DNA of 27,521 nucleotides from Chitinophagaceae bacterium. Its GTDB lineage: Bacteria > Bacteroidota > Bacteroidia > Chitinophagales > Chitinophagaceae. Each line of letters starts with the position of its first letter. Position 1 is the stretch's first letter. Below the pieces are notes generated by a model. The model did not search any database. It was not told the origin of the DNA and saw only the letters and a program-made list of their open reading frames with translations. The stretch lies in assembly GCA_035301605.1 (NCBI GenBank), contig DATGTY010000086.1, positions 1 through 27,521 of the forward strand. The letters are read 5' to 3'. The translations under genes and the position numbers were made by a program. Shown here one piece after another: positions 26,844 to 27,521 of this stretch.

Positions 26844-27521
26844 ATGAAAAATATAATAAAAATTATTACTTTATCGGAGCTATTTATCTTTTGTATTTCT
26901 ATCAATGGCCTTGCACAAAAACAAATGGAAAGCCTTACCAGAGGTGTGGTAGCTTTTAGTCAGGGCGAGGGAAAGGTATTTATTAGTTGGAGGTTGTTTG
27001 GTACTGACCCGGAAGATATGGCTTTTAATCTTTATCGGAAGACGGGAAGCGCTCAACCAATTAAACTCAATAAACAACCGATAAAGGAATCAACCAATTA
27101 TGTAGATGAAAACGTGGATACGACTCAAAATAACAACTACTATGTTAAAACTCTTTTAAATGGGAAAGAAGGGAAAGCCAGTAAATCATTTACATTAAAG
27201 GCGAATACTCCTGTTCGGCAGTATTTTTCTGTTCCTCTTAAAACGCCTCCCGGATATAAACCGAATGATGTATCTGTAGGAGACTTGGATGGAGATGGAG
27301 AATATGACTTAATAGTACATATGGTCGGGCGTAGCAGGGATAACTCTCAATCGGGAATGACGGATCCACCTATTTTTGATGCCTATAAGATGGATGGTAC
27401 TTTTTTATGGCGGATTAATCTGGGGAAAAACATCCGAGAGGGAGCACATTATACCCAATTTATGGTGTATGATTTGGATGGAGACGGGAAGGCTGAATTT
27501 GCCTGTAAAACTGCAGATGGT
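26844..27521 (+). CDS. PL11 rhamnogalacturonan lyase (YesW/YesX-like), 3'-truncated by the window edge
   Basis: Manual translation, open for 226 codons: signal peptide (GLA|Q), MESLTRGVVA, VFISWRL, FNLYR, YKPNDVSVGDLDGDGEYD, LWRINLGKNIREGAHYTQFMVYDLDGDGKAEFACKTADG. Confidence 0.95.
   Translation, partial: MKNIIKIITLSELFIFCISINGLAQKQMESLTRGVVAFSQGEGKVFISWRLFGTDPEDMAFNLYRKTGSAQPIKLNKQPIKESTNYVDENVDTTQNNNYYVKTLLNGKEGKASKSFTLKANTPVRQYFSVPLKTPPGYKPNDVSVGDLDGDGEYDLIVHMVGRSRDNSQSGMTDPPIFDAYKMDGTFLWRINLGKNIREGAHYTQFMVYDLDGDGKAEFACKTADG

Noticed and set aside
26880-27077. 65-aa minus-strand ORF
   Set aside because: Antisense shadow of the PL11 gene.
27280-27500. Twice-occurring GAYTTGGATGGAGAYGG sequence
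   Set aside because: Encodes the normal DLDGDG Ca-binding propeller repeats of PL11; not a DNA repeat element.
1-27521. CRISPR arrays, tRNA/rRNA genes, IS elements, prophage, defence or toxin-antitoxin systems
   Set aside because: None recognised; intergenic regions are short and every long ORF has a conventional assignment.

Overview
AT-rich bacterial chromosomal segment, almost certainly Bacteroidota: TAnnTTTG promoter motifs precede many genes, there are no obvious Shine-Dalgarno sites, and DUF4290-murA is present. Chitinophagales is my inference only. The first ~15.7 kb is housekeeping: 5'-truncated argS, a small membrane protein, a GT2, an orphan histidine kinase, a class III aminotransferase, nadB, gmk, murA, DUF4290, AsnC, trmB, an alkyltransferase-like protein, an M28 glutaminyl cyclase-like lipoprotein, an MBL hydrolase, a DAGK-family kinase and an atypical ClC. 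From ~15.85 kb to the window end lies a rhamnogalacturonan-I (pectin) degradation locus. It consists of a divergent FucR-like GntR regulator, then GH31, GH105, CE12, GH28, GH106 and a 3'-truncated PL11 lyase that the ORF track missed. I found no CRISPR array, RNA gene, integrase/transposase or defence system, and no clearly new biological system. The best leads are: (i) a 10-bp direct-repeat motif (TRCARGAYAG) in both regulatory intergenic regions of the locus, a candidate GntR operator; (ii) a perfect 36-bp palindrome with a LacI-like core upstream of PL11; (iii) a GH31 of unknown specificity heading an RG-I locus; (iv) residue-level oddities (MurA Cys->Asp, ATL PAQRV, ClC lacking the inner Glu and central Tyr, GH28 lacking the GHG His). 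All family calls come from motif recognition, not database searches.
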